From Alphaproteobacteria bacterium (GTDB lineage Bacteria > Pseudomonadota > Alphaproteobacteria > UBA6615): a stretch of 64,000 nt of DNA. Shown in pieces: positions 51,034-62,728 of this stretch. The position numbers and the translations under genes were made by a program. Below the pieces are notes generated by a model that made no database searches, was not told the origin of the DNA, and saw only the letters and a list, made by a program, of their open reading frames with translations. The DNA is taken from contig JAYPPL010000010.1 in the NCBI GenBank assembly GCA_038131445.1, forward strand, positions 349,918 to 413,917, given 5' to 3'. How positions within the stretch are numbered: the stretch's first letter is position 1; every line of letters begins with the position of its first letter.

Positions 51034-51789
51034 CCCGCGTCGGATTTGTTATCGACGTCCCAGAGTGGGGCGTGCAGTAGGTCTTCGACCCAGGGCCCGT
51101 CCGGCATCTCGCGTGCGAGCTGGGTGAGGTTGTCGCTCCACCAATAGCGCTGGGCGCGCACATCGTCGTCGATGTAGTGGGCCTCGCGCCATTTCTGGTC
51201 TTCGTTGTTGAACGTCAGGATGTCGATGGGAAAGCCGACATCCGATGCTCTCGCGCGGGTGGAGTCGAATGACAGGTAGGCCAGCCTGAGCGTGGTGGTG
51301 AGCGTTGTCTTGTAGTCCAGCGTGCGGTCGAGGATCGGCTTGCCGTATGGCGTCTCACCGATCATGAAGTAGGGATTCCGCCCTCCGACCTCGATCCAGT
51401 TGCCTTCCGGATAGACCAGGTAGATGAATGAGGCTCGTGGTCTTTCTCCAGCTTGCCGCGGATAAAGGCATGCAGGTTGAACTACAGATTGGAGTCTTCA
51501 AAGTATTCCTGATCCGAGCGTGCAACGGCGCGCATATGCGTAACGAACCCTTCCACGGCATTGAGCATGGTCGGGAAATTGTGGCCCTCACGCTTCTTCA
51601 GGTCACGGTCGAGATAGGCAAGGGTCTTGTCGCGCACGGAACGCAGGCCTGACGTGGCGACGAAAAACTGGTGCCCTTCGCCGTGCAGGGTGATTTTGCG
51701 GCCTACGGTCACCTGGGTGCCGGAGGTCAGGCGCCCGTCCGCCAGGACCACGGCCCGTCGTTCACGTTGATTGCCACGCAATACGTCAT
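51030..51789 (-). pseudogene. Proteasome-type protease (Anbu/COG3484-like), disrupted
   Basis: MTYCVAI N-terminus (Thr1 nucleophile), SGLRSV, LVYPEGNWIE, IGETPYGKPILDR, SFDST..SDVGFPID; frameshifts near 51752 and 51428 and TAG at 51482-51484. Confidence 0.85.
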
Positions 51790-51919
51790 CGTCCTGAATC
51801 CTCTGGGCAGGCTTGACGCCGGAGTCGACACGAATTGATGAAATGAATTCGTTCGGCGACGAGTCTCAAGCGACCCTCGAAGTCCTTGAAACATAAAAAT
51901 TTTGCGACTGCGAAAAAAT

Positions 51920-52065
51920 ATTGTGCGATGCAACAATTTTTCGTTGACATTGCCGGGGACATCCCAATATGGGGTTATGTTGCAGTGCAGCAGATGAGTT
52001 AATTCAAGGGCTTGGTCAGTTTTGCGTCGCATGCCCGTTGTGATCGTGTGTGATGCAGCGCACAA
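51920..52065 (+). promoter_or_regulatory. Phasin promoter with PhaR-like TGC-N3-GCA boxes
   Basis: ATTGTGCGATGCAACAAT (51920), TGTTGCAGTGCAGCA (51978), TGATGCAGCGCACAA (52051); TTGACA at 51944. Confidence 0.6.
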
Positions 52066-52084
52066 ATCTGAAAGGAAGGTCAAA

Positions 52085-52624
52085 ATGGCTACCACCACCA
52101 AAAAAGACAGCGCGGTGAAAACGGCTCAGGAAACCCTGGAAGCAGTCGCCGAGCAGCACAAGAAGACCCTCGAAGACGCCGTGCAGGCTGGCACAGAGGC
52201 GTTCACGAAGGGCTACGAGCAGTTCTACAACACTGCGCGTGAGCAGATGGACAAGGCCCAGAAGTCGGCGTTCGAGAATTTCGACCAGTTTTCCGACTTC
52301 AATCGCGAGACCGTCGAGGCGATGATCGTTTCCGGTAACGTTGTTGCCAAAGGCGTCGAGGTCGTGGGCAAGGAAGTCGCGGCCTATGCGCAGGACGCTG
52401 CCGAAGCCAACATGGCTGCGGTGAAGCAGTTCAGTACGGCCACGAACCCGCAGGAGTTCATGGACATGCAGACCGCCTGGGCGAAGTCCGCTTTCGAGGG
52501 CTTCATGGCTGAGACCTCGAAGCTCCAGGATATCTCGGTCAGGGTTTCGAACCAGGCTGTCCAGCCGATTAACGAGCGCATCAACAAGGCCGTTGAAGTG
52601 TTCGCAAAGCCTATCGCCGCGTAA
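52085..52624 (+). CDS. phaP: Phasin (PHA granule-associated protein)
   Basis: Ala-rich helical protein; [25 protein letters not shown]; upstream of clpS; PhaR-like boxes. Confidence 0.85.
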   Translation: MATTTKKDSAVKTAQETLEAVAEQHKKTLEDAVQAGTEAFTKGYEQFYNTAREQMDKAQKSAFENFDQFSDFNRETVEAMIVSGNVVAKGVEVVGKEVAAYAQDAAEANMAAVKQFSTATNPQEFMDMQTAWAKSAFEGFMAETSKLQDISVRVSNQAVQPINERINKAVEVFAKPIAA

Positions 52625-52650
52625 CTCTCCTCCCGAAACGTAGGCGGTTC

Positions 52651-52691
52651 GACGGCCCGGCATGGTACTTCCGCCGGGCCGTCACCTTTTC
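52651..52691 (+). terminator. Intrinsic terminator after the phasin gene
   Basis: gacggcccggc...gccgggccgtc followed by accTTTT. Confidence 0.7.
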
Positions 52692-52830
52692 TGGACGCGG
52701 TTGCCTTTCGGCGGACCCGTTCTCATTTAAGCTGTTGTCTGGTTTGCTGTGCTTTTGCGGCGGGCCAAGCCTCGCTAGAATAAGCATTGCCGCGGCCGTA
52801 TCGCCGGGGCAACCGGAACAAGTGCGGACA

Positions 52831-53229
52831 ATGTCACCGATTTTGAAAATGCCGAGCGACGTACGCCTCTTCCCGCCCCGCGCAAGCGATGACGGCGACG
52901 ATGGTGATGACGCTATCGGCGGCGGCGGCAACGGATCCGGCACCGGGATTGCCACGAAATCCAGGGCCAAGACGAAGAAGCCGTCGATGTACAAGGTCCT
53001 GATGCTGAACGACGACTACACGCCGATGGAGTTCGTCGTCGCGGTGCTGGAGCGATTCTTTAGCAAACAGCACGAAGAAGCCGTGCAGATCATGCTCCAC
53101 GTCCACCAGAAGGGGGTCGGGATCTGCGGTGTGTTCACCTATGAGGTCGCGGAGACCAAGGTGACCCAGGTCATGGATTATGCGCGCAAACACCAGCACC
53201 CGCTGCAGTGCACGCTTGAGAAGGAATGA
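52831..53229 (+). CDS. clpS: ATP-dependent Clp protease adaptor
   Basis: [36 protein letters not shown]; start uncertain. Confidence 0.95.
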   Translation: MSPILKMPSDVRLFPPRASDDGDDGDDAIGGGGNGSGTGIATKSRAKTKKPSMYKVLMLNDDYTPMEFVVAVLERFFSKQHEEAVQIMLHVHQKGVGICGVFTYEVAETKVTQVMDYARKHQHPLQCTLEKE

Positions 53230-53292
53230 TCGCAGCGAATTGAAGCACCGGAACGGATGACGAAGCCCTGACGCGGAAGGTAATCTTCGCAA

Positions 53293-55650
53293 ATGTTGTC
53301 TCAGAACCTGGAACACTCACTCCATCGTGCGCTGGCGCTCGCCAATGAGCGTCATCACGAATACGCAACCCTCGAACACCTGCTTCTGTCGCTGACCGAG
53401 GACCAGGATGCGGTCGCTGTGTTGCGCGCCTGCGGGGTGGATATCGACCATCTGCGCCGCGACCTGTCCCAGTATATCGACGAGGAACTATCGAGCCTGA
53501 TAACTAGCCGCGCCGAGGAAGCCAAGCCGACCGCCGGCTTCCAGCGTGTCCTGCAGCGCGCCGCGATCCATGTGCAGTCGTCCGGCCGCGAGGAAGTCAC
53601 TGGCGCCAACGTGCTGGTCGCCATCTTCTCCGAGCGTGAGAGCCACGCGGTCTATTTCCTCCAGCAGCAGGAGATGACCCGTCTGGACGCCGTTAACTAC
53701 ATCTCCCACGGCATCGCCAAGGTGCCGGGCCAGGAGGCGAGCCGCATCGTGCGCGGCGCGGAAGAGGAGAGCGAGGACGGCGAGACGGTCGTCAAGAAGG
53801 GCCAGGAGGCGCTGGGCGCCTATTGTGTCGATCTCAACCAGAAGGCCGAGGACGGGGATATCGACCCGCTGATCGGTCGCGATATGGAGGTCGAGCGCAC
53901 GATCCAGATCCTTGCCCGCCGAACCAAGAACAACCCGCTCTATGTGGGCGATCCGGGCGTCGGCAAGACGGCCATCGCCGAAGGCCTCGCTAAGCGTATC
54001 GTCGAGGGCGAGGTGCCGGAAGTGCTGGCGGACGCCACCATCTTCGCGCTCGACATGGGCGCACTGCTGGCGGGCACGCGCTATCGCGGCGATTTCGAGG
54101 AGCGGCTGAAGGCGGTCATCACCGAGCTCGAGGAGACCGAGGGGGCGGTCCTGTTCATTGACGAAATCCACACCGTGATCGGCGCCGGCGCGACTTCGGG
54201 CGGCGCGATGGATGCGTCGAACCTGCTCAAGCCGGCGCTGGCCAGCGGCAAGCTGCGCTGCATCGGCTCTACCACCTACAAGGAATATCGCAATTACTTC
54301 GAGAAGGACCGCGCGCTGGTCCGCCGCTTCCAGAAGATTGACGTCTATGAGCCGTCGGTCGAGGACACGGTGAAGATCCTGCGCGGTCTGAAGCCGTATT
54401 ACGAGAAGCACCACGGCGTGCGCTACACCGATCAGGGCCTGCGCACGGCGGTGGAACTTTCGGCGCGTTACATCAACGACCGCAAGCTGCCGGACAGCGC
54501 GATCGACGTGATCGACGAGACCGGGGCGGCCCAGTCGCTGCTGCCGCCGTCGAAGCGCAAGAAGACGGTGGGAGTCAAGGACGTGGAGGCGGTGGTCGCC
54601 AAGATTGCGCGCATCCCGCCCAAGACGGTCAGCCGCGACGACAAGACCGCGCTGGAAAACTTGGAACGCGACCTGAAGACCATGGTCTTCGGGCAGGACC
54701 AGGCGATCACAGCGCTGGCGAGCGCCATCAAGCTGGCCCGCGCGGGCCTGCGCGAGCCCGAAAAGCCCATCGGCGCCTACCTGTTCTCAGGCCCGACCGG
54801 TGTAGGCAAGACCGAGGCGGCGCGCCAGCTCGCGCGCTCGCTGGGTGTGGAGCTGACCCGCTTCGACATGTCGGAATACATGGAGCGGCACTCGGTCTCG
54901 CGCCTGATCGGCGCACCGCCGGGCTATGTCGGCTTCGACCAGGGCGGCCTGCTAACCGACGCTATCGATCAGCACCCCCATCAGGTGCTGCTACTCGACG
55001 AGATTGAGAAGGCCCATCCGGACCTGTTCAACATCCTTTTGCAGGTAATGGACTACGGCAAGCTGACCGACCACAACGGCAAGACGGTCGATTTCCGCAA
55101 CGTTATCCTCATCATGACAACTAATGCGGGCGCGGCCGATCTGGCCAAGCCGGCCATGGGCTTCGGCTCGGGCATCCGCGAGGGCGACGACGAGGAGGCG
55201 ATCAACCGCCTGTTTACGCCGGAGTTCCGCAACCGCCTCGACGCCGTGATCCCGTTCTCCAACCTGTCACCCGATGTCATGGGCCGGGTGGTGGACAAGT
55301 TCGTCATGCAGCTCGAAGCCCAGCTCGGCGACCGCGACGTCACCATCACGTTGAGCAATGCGGCGCGCGCTTGGCTGTCGAAGAAGGGCTACGACCCGAG
55401 CTTCGGCGCACGTCCGCTGTCCCGCGTGATCCAGGAACACCTGAAGCAGCCGCTAGCCGAAGAACTGCTTTTCGGCAAGCTGACCAAGGGCGGGGCCGTC
55501 AAGATCTCGGTCGAGGACGACAAGCTGGTCTTCGGCTTCCAGGAGGACAAGCCTTCGTTGAAGGGCGGGTCCGGCACGGGCAGACGCGGCAAGCCATCGA
55601 CCGACAATTCCAGCGGCGGTGCCAAGGAACCGGCGCTCGTCGAGAAGTAA
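53293..55650 (+). CDS. clpA: ATP-dependent Clp protease ATP-binding subunit
   Basis: [41 protein letters not shown]; follows clpS. Confidence 0.97.
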   Translation: MLSQNLEHSLHRALALANERHHEYATLEHLLLSLTEDQDAVAVLRACGVDIDHLRRDLSQYIDEELSSLITSRAEEAKPTAGFQRVLQRAAIHVQSSGREEVTGANVLVAIFSERESHAVYFLQQQEMTRLDAVNYISHGIAKVPGQEASRIVRGAEEESEDGETVVKKGQEALGAYCVDLNQKAEDGDIDPLIGRDMEVERTIQILARRTKNNPLYVGDPGVGKTAIAEGLAKRIVEGEVPEVLADATIFALDMGALLAGTRYRGDFEERLKAVITELEETEGAVLFIDEIHTVIGAGATSGGAMDASNLLKPALASGKLRCIGSTTYKEYRNYFEKDRALVRRFQKIDVYEPSVEDTVKILRGLKPYYEKHHGVRYTDQGLRTAVELSARYINDRKLPDSAIDVIDETGAAQSLLPPSKRKKTVGVKDVEAVVAKIARIPPKTVSRDDKTALENLERDLKTMVFGQDQAITALASAIKLARAGLREPEKPIGAYLFSGPTGVGKTEAARQLARSLGVELTRFDMSEYMERHSVSRLIGAPPGYVGFDQGGLLTDAIDQHPHQVLLLDEIEKAHPDLFNILLQVMDYGKLTDHNGKTVDFRNVILIMTTNAGAADLAKPAMGFGSGIREGDDEEAINRLFTPEFRNRLDAVIPFSNLSPDVMGRVVDKFVMQLEAQLGDRDVTITLSNAARAWLSKKGYDPSFGARPLSRVIQEHLKQPLAEELLFGKLTKGGAVKISVEDDKLVFGFQEDKPSLKGGSGTGRRGKPSTDNSSGGAKEPALVEK

Positions 55651-55699
55651 TCCGAGAGCGTTGTTCGGGATTTCATTCACAACAGCACCGCCCGATGCG

Positions 55700-56116
55700 C
55701 CGAGGATAGGTGACTGTTCGAAGCAAGCGACTGCTGCCTTTTGGATCTTGATGACTCCGACCAGGCGTGCCTGACCTCGCCTGACGATCTGTCGATTGGG
55801 AAAGGAATAGTCTGCCTCGCGTTCCGGGATGACGTGGCATTGGGGTGCGGTTAGATGATGGCGCAAACGGGCTATGGCGAGATCAAGCGCGCCTATGTCG
55901 ATGACGCCCCGCGCGGGCTTGGCCCGGGCCGACAAATTGTCGCCCATATCGAGCGCGCTGCGGCCGCGGCGGGAGTGGATCGTCTTCGTCTGGAGACCGG
56001 TATTCGGCAATCGGAAGCGCTCGACCTGCACCGGTCGAGCGGATACGCTGCAGAGCGGTGCATTTGGGGACTACGAACCGGACCCCGTCTCCGTATTCAT
56101 GGAAAAACGCCTCTAG
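55700..56116 (+). pseudogene. GNAT acetyltransferase remnant
   Basis: LAFRDDVALGCG*MMAQTGYGEIKRAYV..RGLG..LRLETGIRQSEAL then a frameshift to GAFGDYEPDPVSVFMEKRL*; 5' limit approximate. Confidence 0.75.
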
Positions 56117-57279
56117 GACGCATCCTCCTGCCGGTAGGGCAGGTTTTCCGCGTAGGCTTCCATTTCCCAGTCCACTTCGCGTTCCTCGTCGCGGCAGAAG
56201 CGTTCGACTGCGTCGCGGAAGCTCTCGTTCGGGATGTAGTGGCCGGAATAGGTCTGCACCGGCTCGTAGCCGCGCTGGATCTTGTGGGGCCCCTGAGTGC
56301 CAGCCTCGACCGTGTGGAGGCCATGTTCGATGGCGTATTCGATGGCCTGGTAGTAGCAGGCCTCGAAATGCAGGAAGCGGAAGTCGCCGAGGCAGCCCCA
56401 GTTGCGCCCATATAGCGCGTCCGAACCGCGCAGGTTAAGCGCGCCCGCGACGGGCAGGCCTTCATAGTCAGCCATGACCAGCACGATCCTGTCGCCCAAA
56501 CGATTCTGTGCGGCCTCGAAGAAGGCGCGGTTCAGGTAGGGATAGCCCCACTTACGGTCATAGGTGTCGACATAGAACTGGTAGAACGCGTCCCATTGTT
56601 CGGGCCGGATTTCGTCGCCCGTCAGCGGTCTCACGGTGATGCCCTGATCGGCGACCTTCTGACGTTCCTTGCGGATCATCTTACGCTTGCGGCTGGTGAG
56701 CGCGCCCAGGAAATCGTTGAAGGTCGTATAGTCGCGGTTATGCCAGTGGAACTGGCGGCCCACCCGCTGGATCCACCCGGCCATCCCCATCAGCTCGTGC
56801 TCGTGCTTGGTGCAGAAAGTCACGTGCACTGACGACAGGCCCAGCTTCTCGCACACCGTCTCCAGCGCGCGCAGCAGGGTGAGGCGCGCGTCGTCGGAAT
56901 TCGGCCCGCTGCCCGCCAGCAGGCGCGGTCCGGTGACCGGGGAGAAGGGGGCGGCCACCTGCATCTTCGGATAGTAGCGCCCGCCCGCGCGCTCCCAAGC
57001 ATGGGCCCAGCCATGATCGAAGACGAACTCGCCCTGGGAATGGCTTTTCAGATAGAGCGGGGCGATGGCGACGATCTCGCCATTGGCTTCCTCGACCACC
57101 AGATGGTGGGGTAGCCAGCCTGCCTCGTTGGTGGCGCAGCCGGTTTCTTCCAACGCCAGCAGGAAGGGGTAGCTGATAAACGGGTTGTCGATGCCTGACA
57201 GGGTTTCCCATGTACCTGCGGGAATGTTCGCGACGTTTTCGACGACGCGGGCGGAAAGTGCTGTGTCACCGTCGGGCAT
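56113..57279 (-). CDS. GNAT/FemAB-like family protein (DUF482)
   Basis: LYLKSHSQGEFVFDHGWA, YYPK, PFSPVTG, LYGRNWG, HFEACYYQAI, VEAG. Confidence 0.9.
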   Translation of the reverse strand: MPDGDTALSARVVENVANIPAGTWETLSGIDNPFISYPFLLALEETGCATNEAGWLPHHLVVEEANGEIVAIAPLYLKSHSQGEFVFDHGWAHAWERAGGRYYPKMQVAAPFSPVTGPRLLAGSGPNSDDARLTLLRALETVCEKLGLSSVHVTFCTKHEHELMGMAGWIQRVGRQFHWHNRDYTTFNDFLGALTSRKRKMIRKERQKVADQGITVRPLTGDEIRPEQWDAFYQFYVDTYDRKWGYPYLNRAFFEAAQNRLGDRIVLVMADYEGLPVAGALNLRGSDALYGRNWGCLGDFRFLHFEACYYQAIEYAIEHGLHTVEAGTQGPHKIQRGYEPVQTYSGHYIPNESFRDAVERFCRDEEREVDWEMEAYAENLPYRQEDAS

Positions 57280-57288
57280 GAGATCAGT

Positions 57289-58188
57289 CTAGCCCGTCTC
57301 GTTAGGAAACTCGAACTCGAGCGTCGAATGGCCGATATCGAATTCCTCGGCGAGGCGCGCCTTCAGGGCGGCTTTGATCGTCTCCATCTTCTGCATGTCA
57401 GACGGCTCGATCACGACATGGGCCTCGAGCGAGCGGCGATGCTCATCAATGTTCCAGATATGGATATGGTGCACGTCGTGTACGCCGTCCAGGTCGTTCA
57501 GGCTATTGGCGACGGCCTCGATATCGAGCTCACGGGGGACGGCCTGCATCAGGATATCGACCACCTTGGGGAATTCCAGGCCGGCGTGCACGAGAATGTA
57601 GCCTGCAATCAAAAGGGTCACGACCGCGTCGATAAACAGCCAGCCCTGCAGGATCACCAGGGCTCCGCCCACGATGACGCCGACCGAGGCCAGGGCGTCC
57701 GACAGGTTGTGGATGAAGGCGGCCCGGATGTTTATCGAGGTCTTGGACATCCGGTAGGTCAGCATGGCCGTCGTGATATCGATGGCCAGCGCGATGCCCG
57801 CGATGATGACGATGGTCCAGCCCTCGATGGGCTGCGGGTCTACCAGGCGCTTGACAGCCTCCACGATCAGGAACAGCGCGATAAAGATCAGCCAGGTGAG
57901 GTTGAACAGCGCGCCGATCATCTCGGCCCGTCCGTGGCCGTAGGTATGGTTGGCATCGGCAGGCCGGCGCGAGATCTTGCGGCCGATCAGCGCGATCACC
58001 AGCGCCGCCGCATCCGACAGGTTGTGGATCGCGTCCGCGATCAGGGCCAGCGAGCCGGAGAACACACCGCCGATAACCTGTGCGATGGTCAGGACAACAT
58101 TCACCGCGATGGCAAAAACCAGCTTGGTGTCACCGCCGGGTGTGTCCGGCGGCACGTTACCGTGGGAATGGCGGTGCGGCAGGGCCAT
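57289..58188 (-). CDS. Cation diffusion facilitator (CzcD-like) transporter
   Basis: SLALIADAIHNLSD, TYGHGRAE, NIRAAFIHNLSD, VHHIHIW, HSTLEFE. Confidence 0.92.
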   Translation of the reverse strand: MALPHRHSHGNVPPDTPGGDTKLVFAIAVNVVLTIAQVIGGVFSGSLALIADAIHNLSDAAALVIALIGRKISRRPADANHTYGHGRAEMIGALFNLTWLIFIALFLIVEAVKRLVDPQPIEGWTIVIIAGIALAIDITTAMLTYRMSKTSINIRAAFIHNLSDALASVGVIVGGALVILQGWLFIDAVVTLLIAGYILVHAGLEFPKVVDILMQAVPRELDIEAVANSLNDLDGVHDVHHIHIWNIDEHRRSLEAHVVIEPSDMQKMETIKAALKARLAEEFDIGHSTLEFEFPNETG

Positions 58189-58206
58189 TGTATTCCCGAC
58201 GACGGA

Positions 58207-58674
58207 CTATGCGACTTCGAGAATGGCCTCGACCTCGACCGCCACACTGGCGGGCAAGGACGACATACCGACTGCTGCGCGCGCATGGCGTCCGGCATCG
58301 CCGAATATCTCGACCATCAGGTCAGATGCACCGTTGACCACGGTCGGCTGTTCGGTGAACTCCGACGTGGCAGCCACGAAGCCGGTCAGTTTGACGACCC
58401 GCGTTACCCGGTCCAGGTCACCGCCCAGAGCAGCCTTCACCTGGGACAGGATCGCGAGCGCACAGGTCCGCGCGGCCTTGGCACCTTCTTCCACATTGAT
58501 CTCTGCGCCGAGACGGCCGATGAAACCCGGCTTGCCGTCCACCATGGGAATCTGGCCGGAGACGAAAAGCAGATTGCCCGTCTGAACATACGGGACGTAA
58601 TTGCCTGCGGGTACATTGGCGGGCGGCAGTTCGATGCCGAGTTCGGACAGGCGAGCGTCGATGGTTCCGGCCAT
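58207..58674 (-). CDS. RidA/YjgF family protein
   Basis: LSELGIELP, NYVP, VSGQIP, NGASDL, HARAAVG. Confidence 0.88.
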   Translation of the reverse strand: MAGTIDARLSELGIELPPANVPAGNYVPYVQTGNLLFVSGQIPMVDGKPGFIGRLGAEINVEEGAKAARTCALAILSQVKAALGGDLDRVTRVVKLTGFVAATSEFTEQPTVVNGASDLMVEIFGDAGRHARAAVGMSSLPASVAVEVEAILEVA

Positions 58675-58753
58675 GGGAAAACTCCTTGCGATGGTTCGGG
58701 CAAGAATACCTGCTCGCGGTGCGCGCGATAAGCGCCTGGTGTTGATAGGGATG

Positions 58754-58790
58754 AAAAAAACCGGGGTGCGCCTACCTTTGCACACCCCGG
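58754..58790 (-). terminator. Intrinsic terminator after nrdJ
   Basis: Minus strand ccggggtgtgc...gcgcaccccgg followed by TTTTTTT. Confidence 0.85.
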
Positions 58791-58879
58791 AGGTCAGGGA
58801 GGAGAGTGTGACCCGGTGCCAATCGGATTGGCACGGGGCCGACTATTCGAGCCAATGGGGTCCAGCCCGGCTCGAATCT

Positions 58880-61800
58880 TTAGCTACACCCGCTGGTTCC
58901 GCCGCAGGTGTCGCATTTCAGACATGTTCCGTTCCTCACAAGTGTGAAGTTGCCGCATTCGGTACAGGCGTCGCCCTCGTAACCCTGAAGGCGTGCCTGG
59001 CGAATACGCATTGAACGTTCTTCCTGGACCACATATTCCAGATCCAGTTGTTGTTGGCCGGGGCTCGGCATCGGCGTGACGACCGTCTCGATCTCGCCCG
59101 TCGTCATGCCGTCCGTCCCCGTGGCGCCCGTTTCTAGGTGCGCCTCGGGCTGCTGTTCCACCGCCTCGAGCCCGCGCAGCCCGCCCTCGATGACCGAGAG
59201 AACGTTCTTGCGCACATAGCCCGTGCTGACCACCGACTGGGTCAGCGCCGATTTCGGCGGTAGGCCGTCATCGGATTCTCCGCGGCCCATAGTATCGGGC
59301 TCCAGGTCATCGATCTCAACATGTGCAAGATCGTTGCGACCGAGATAGCTGATCGCCAGCTCACGGAAGATGTAGTCCAGGATGGAGCTGGCCATCTTGA
59401 TCGTGTCGTTCCCCTCGACCGGGCCCGAAGGTTCGAACCGGGTGAAGGTATAGGCGTCCACGAACTCTTCCAGCGGCACGCCGTATTGCAGGCCAATCGA
59501 CACCGCGATGGCGAAGTTATTCATCAGCGAGCGGAAGGCAGCGCCTTCCTTGTGCATGTCGAGGAACACTTCGCCGAGCGAGCCGTCGTCATATTCGCCG
59601 GTGCGGATATAGACCTTGTGGCCGCCGACGATGGCTTTCTGGGTGTAGCCTTTGCGGCGGTGCGGCAGCTTCGACCGCGCAACCTGGTGCTCGACCTCGC
59701 GCTCGATGATGCGCTCGACTACGCGTTCGGCGACGATTTCCGCTCGCCGCCCGTCTGGGGCCTCGAGCAGTTCTTCCAGCGCGTCATCGGCCTCGTCCGC
59801 ATCATCGGCCAGAAGCTGTGACTGCAGCGGCTGGCTGAGCTTAGAGCCGTCGCGATAGAGCGCGTTGGCCTTGATGCCCAGTTTCCACGACAGCATGTAG
59901 GCGTCCGCGCAATCGGCCACCGTCGCTGCGTTCGGCATGTTGATGGTCTTGGAGATCGCGCCCGAGATGAACGGCTGTGCGGCTGCCATCATGCGGATGT
60001 GGCTTTCGACCGAAAGGAAGCGCTTGCCGATCTTGCCGCACGGGTTGGCGCAATCGAAGATCGACAGGTGCTCGACCTTGAGGTGTGGTGCGCCTTCCAG
60101 CGTCATGGTTCCGCAGGCATGGTTGTTGGCCGCGGCGACCTGTTCACCGTTGAAGCCCAGCGCCTCCAGCATGTCGAAGGACATATCATCGAGGCTCTTG
60201 GCGTCGAGGCCGAGGGTATCGGTGCAGAAGGCCTCGCCCAGCGTCCACTTGTTGAAGGCGAAGCGGATATCAAAGGCGGTGCCGAGGCCTTGTTCGACGG
60301 CGGCGATCTGCTCGTCGCCGAAGCCCTTCTCGGCCAGCGTTGCATGGTTCACGCCGGGCGCGTCGGCCAGCGAGCCATGGCCCACGGCGTAGCGGGCTAT
60401 CTCCTCGATCTGCTTGGGGGTGTAGCCGAGGCCTTGTAGCGCCAGTGGCACCATCCGGTTGATGATCTTGAAGTAGCCGCCGCCGGCCAGCTTCTTGAAC
60501 TTCACCAGCGCGAAGTCCGGCTCGATGCCGGTGGTGTCGCAGTCCATGACCAGCCCGATCGTGCCGGTCGGTGCGATCACGGTAGTCTGGGCGTTGCGGT
60601 AGCCATGCTTCTCGCCCAGTTCTAGCGCGCTGTCCCAGGCTGTCCGAGCCGCCACGACAATGGCGTCGTCGGGGCAGTTGGCGTGATCCAGCGACACGGG
60701 GTTCGTGGCCAGGCCCTCATAGCCCTTCGCCTCGCCATGGGCGGCGCGGCGATGGTTGCGGATGACACGCAGCATGTGCTGTGCGTTCTTCGCGTGGCCC
60801 GGGAAGGCACCCAGCTCCTCCGCCATCTCGGCCGAGGTCGCGTAGCAGGTGCCGGTCATCAGCGCGGTGATCGCCGCGCAGAGCGCCCGGCCTTCGTCGG
60901 AATCGTAAGAGAGGCCCGAGGCCATCAGAAGTCCGCCGATATTGGCGTATCCGAGGCCCAGCGTGCGGAACTCGTAGCTAAGGCGCGCGATTTCCTTGGA
61001 CGGGAACTGCGCCATCAGGACCGCGATCTCCAGCGTGAGCGTCCACAGGCGCACCGCATGGGTGAACGCCTCAACGTTGAAAGAACCGTTCTTGTTGCGA
61101 AAGGCCATAAGGTTCAGCGACGCTAGGTTGCACGCCGTGTCGTCGAGGAACATATACTCCGAGCACGGGTTTGAGGCGTTGATCCGGCCCGAGGCGGGGC
61201 AGGTGTGCCAGTCGTTGATTGTGGTGTCGTACTGGATGCCCGGATCGGCGCAGGACCACGCGGCATAGGACACCTTGTCCCACAACTCGCCGGCGTCGAC
61301 CGTCTTTGTCGTCTCGCCGTCAATGCGGCGCTTGAGGTCCCAGGAGCCGCCGTTCTCGACCGCCTTCAGGAAGTCGTTGGTGACGCGCACCGAGTTGTTA
61401 GAGTTCTGGCCGGAGACGGTCCGGTAGGCCTCGGAATCCCAGTCGGTGTCGTAGGTGGGGAAAGTGATTTCCGTAAAGCCCTGACGCGCGAACTGGATCA
61501 CGCGCTGGACGTAGTTGTCCGGCACCAGCGCCTTGCGGGCGGCGCGGATGGCCTTTTTCAGGGCCGGGTTCTCGGCCGGCTCAAACCGCTCATCGCCTTC
61601 GGGTGCGTCGGGGCCGCAGCACGCGGCCATGACGTCGGTCAGGTGCGTCTTACAGGTGCGCGAGCCGGTGACCAGCGCGGCGACCTTCTGCTCTTCCAGC
61701 ACCTTCCACTCGATGTATTCCTCGATGTCCGGATGGTCGATGTCGACCACGACCATCTTGGCCGCGCGGCGCGTCGTGCCGCCGGACTTGATGGCACCCG

Positions 61801-62594
61801 CCGCGCGGTCGCCGATCTTGAGGAAGCTCATCAGGCCAGAGGACTTGCCGCCGCCCGACAGGGGCTCGCCCTCACCCCGGATGGCTGAGAAGTTGGAGCC
61901 GGTGCCCGAGCCGTATTTGAACAGTCGTGCCTCGCGGGTCCACAAATCCATGATGCCGCCTTCGCCCACCAGGTCGTCCGCGACGGACTGGATAAAGCAG
62001 GCGTGGGGTTGCGGGTGTTCGTAGGCGCTTTTGGACTTGGTCAGCTTGCCGGTCTGGTAGTCCACATAGTGGTGGCCCTGACCGGGACCGTCGATACCGT
62101 AGGCCCAGTGCAGGCCTGTGTTGAACCACTGCGGGCTGTTCGGCGCGGCCATCTGCGAGGCGAGCATGAAGCGCATCTCGTCGTAGTAGGCCTTGAGCGT
62201 CCTCGACGGTGTCGAAATAGCCGCCCTTCCAGCCCCAGTAGGACCAGGTGCCGGCCAGCCGATTAAACACCTGGCGGGCGTCGGTCTCGCTGCCCGAGCG
62301 CCTATCGGCCGGGAGCTTCTTGAGCTTCACCGCGTCCGGCTCGTGCCGCCACAGGAATTCGGGGACGTCGTCTTCCTTCACCGCCTTCAGGTGTGCAGGA
62401 ACACCGGCCTTGCGGAAGTACTTTTGCGCCAGGATATCGCAGGCCACCTGCGTCCATGCGGCCGGGACGGAAATGTCGTCCGCGGCAAAGACCACGGAGC
62501 CATCCAGATTACGGATTTCACTCGACGTGGTTCGAAACTCGATGTCCGCGTAGGGACTGGTGCCTTCAACGGTAAAGCGGCGTTCTATCCGCAT
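58880..62594 (-). CDS. nrdJ: Vitamin B12-dependent class II ribonucleotide reductase with one +1 frameshift near 62195
   Basis: [21 protein letters not shown]; [33 protein letters not shown]-terminal [17 protein letters not shown]. Confidence 0.93.
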
Positions 62595-62728
62595 CAAACC
62601 CCCCAAACCGGCGCATCCATAGGCGCCTGAAAACGAAATGAGCCAGGGTAACTGCTCGGCACCTCGCCTGTGCCAGATCGCGCGGCCCCCGCCGAGTCGA
62701 TGACTGAAACATGAGAAATGCTCAAAAA

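Noticed and set aside
57328-58731. 467-aa plus-strand ORF
   Set aside because: Antisense shadow spanning the CDF and RidA genes
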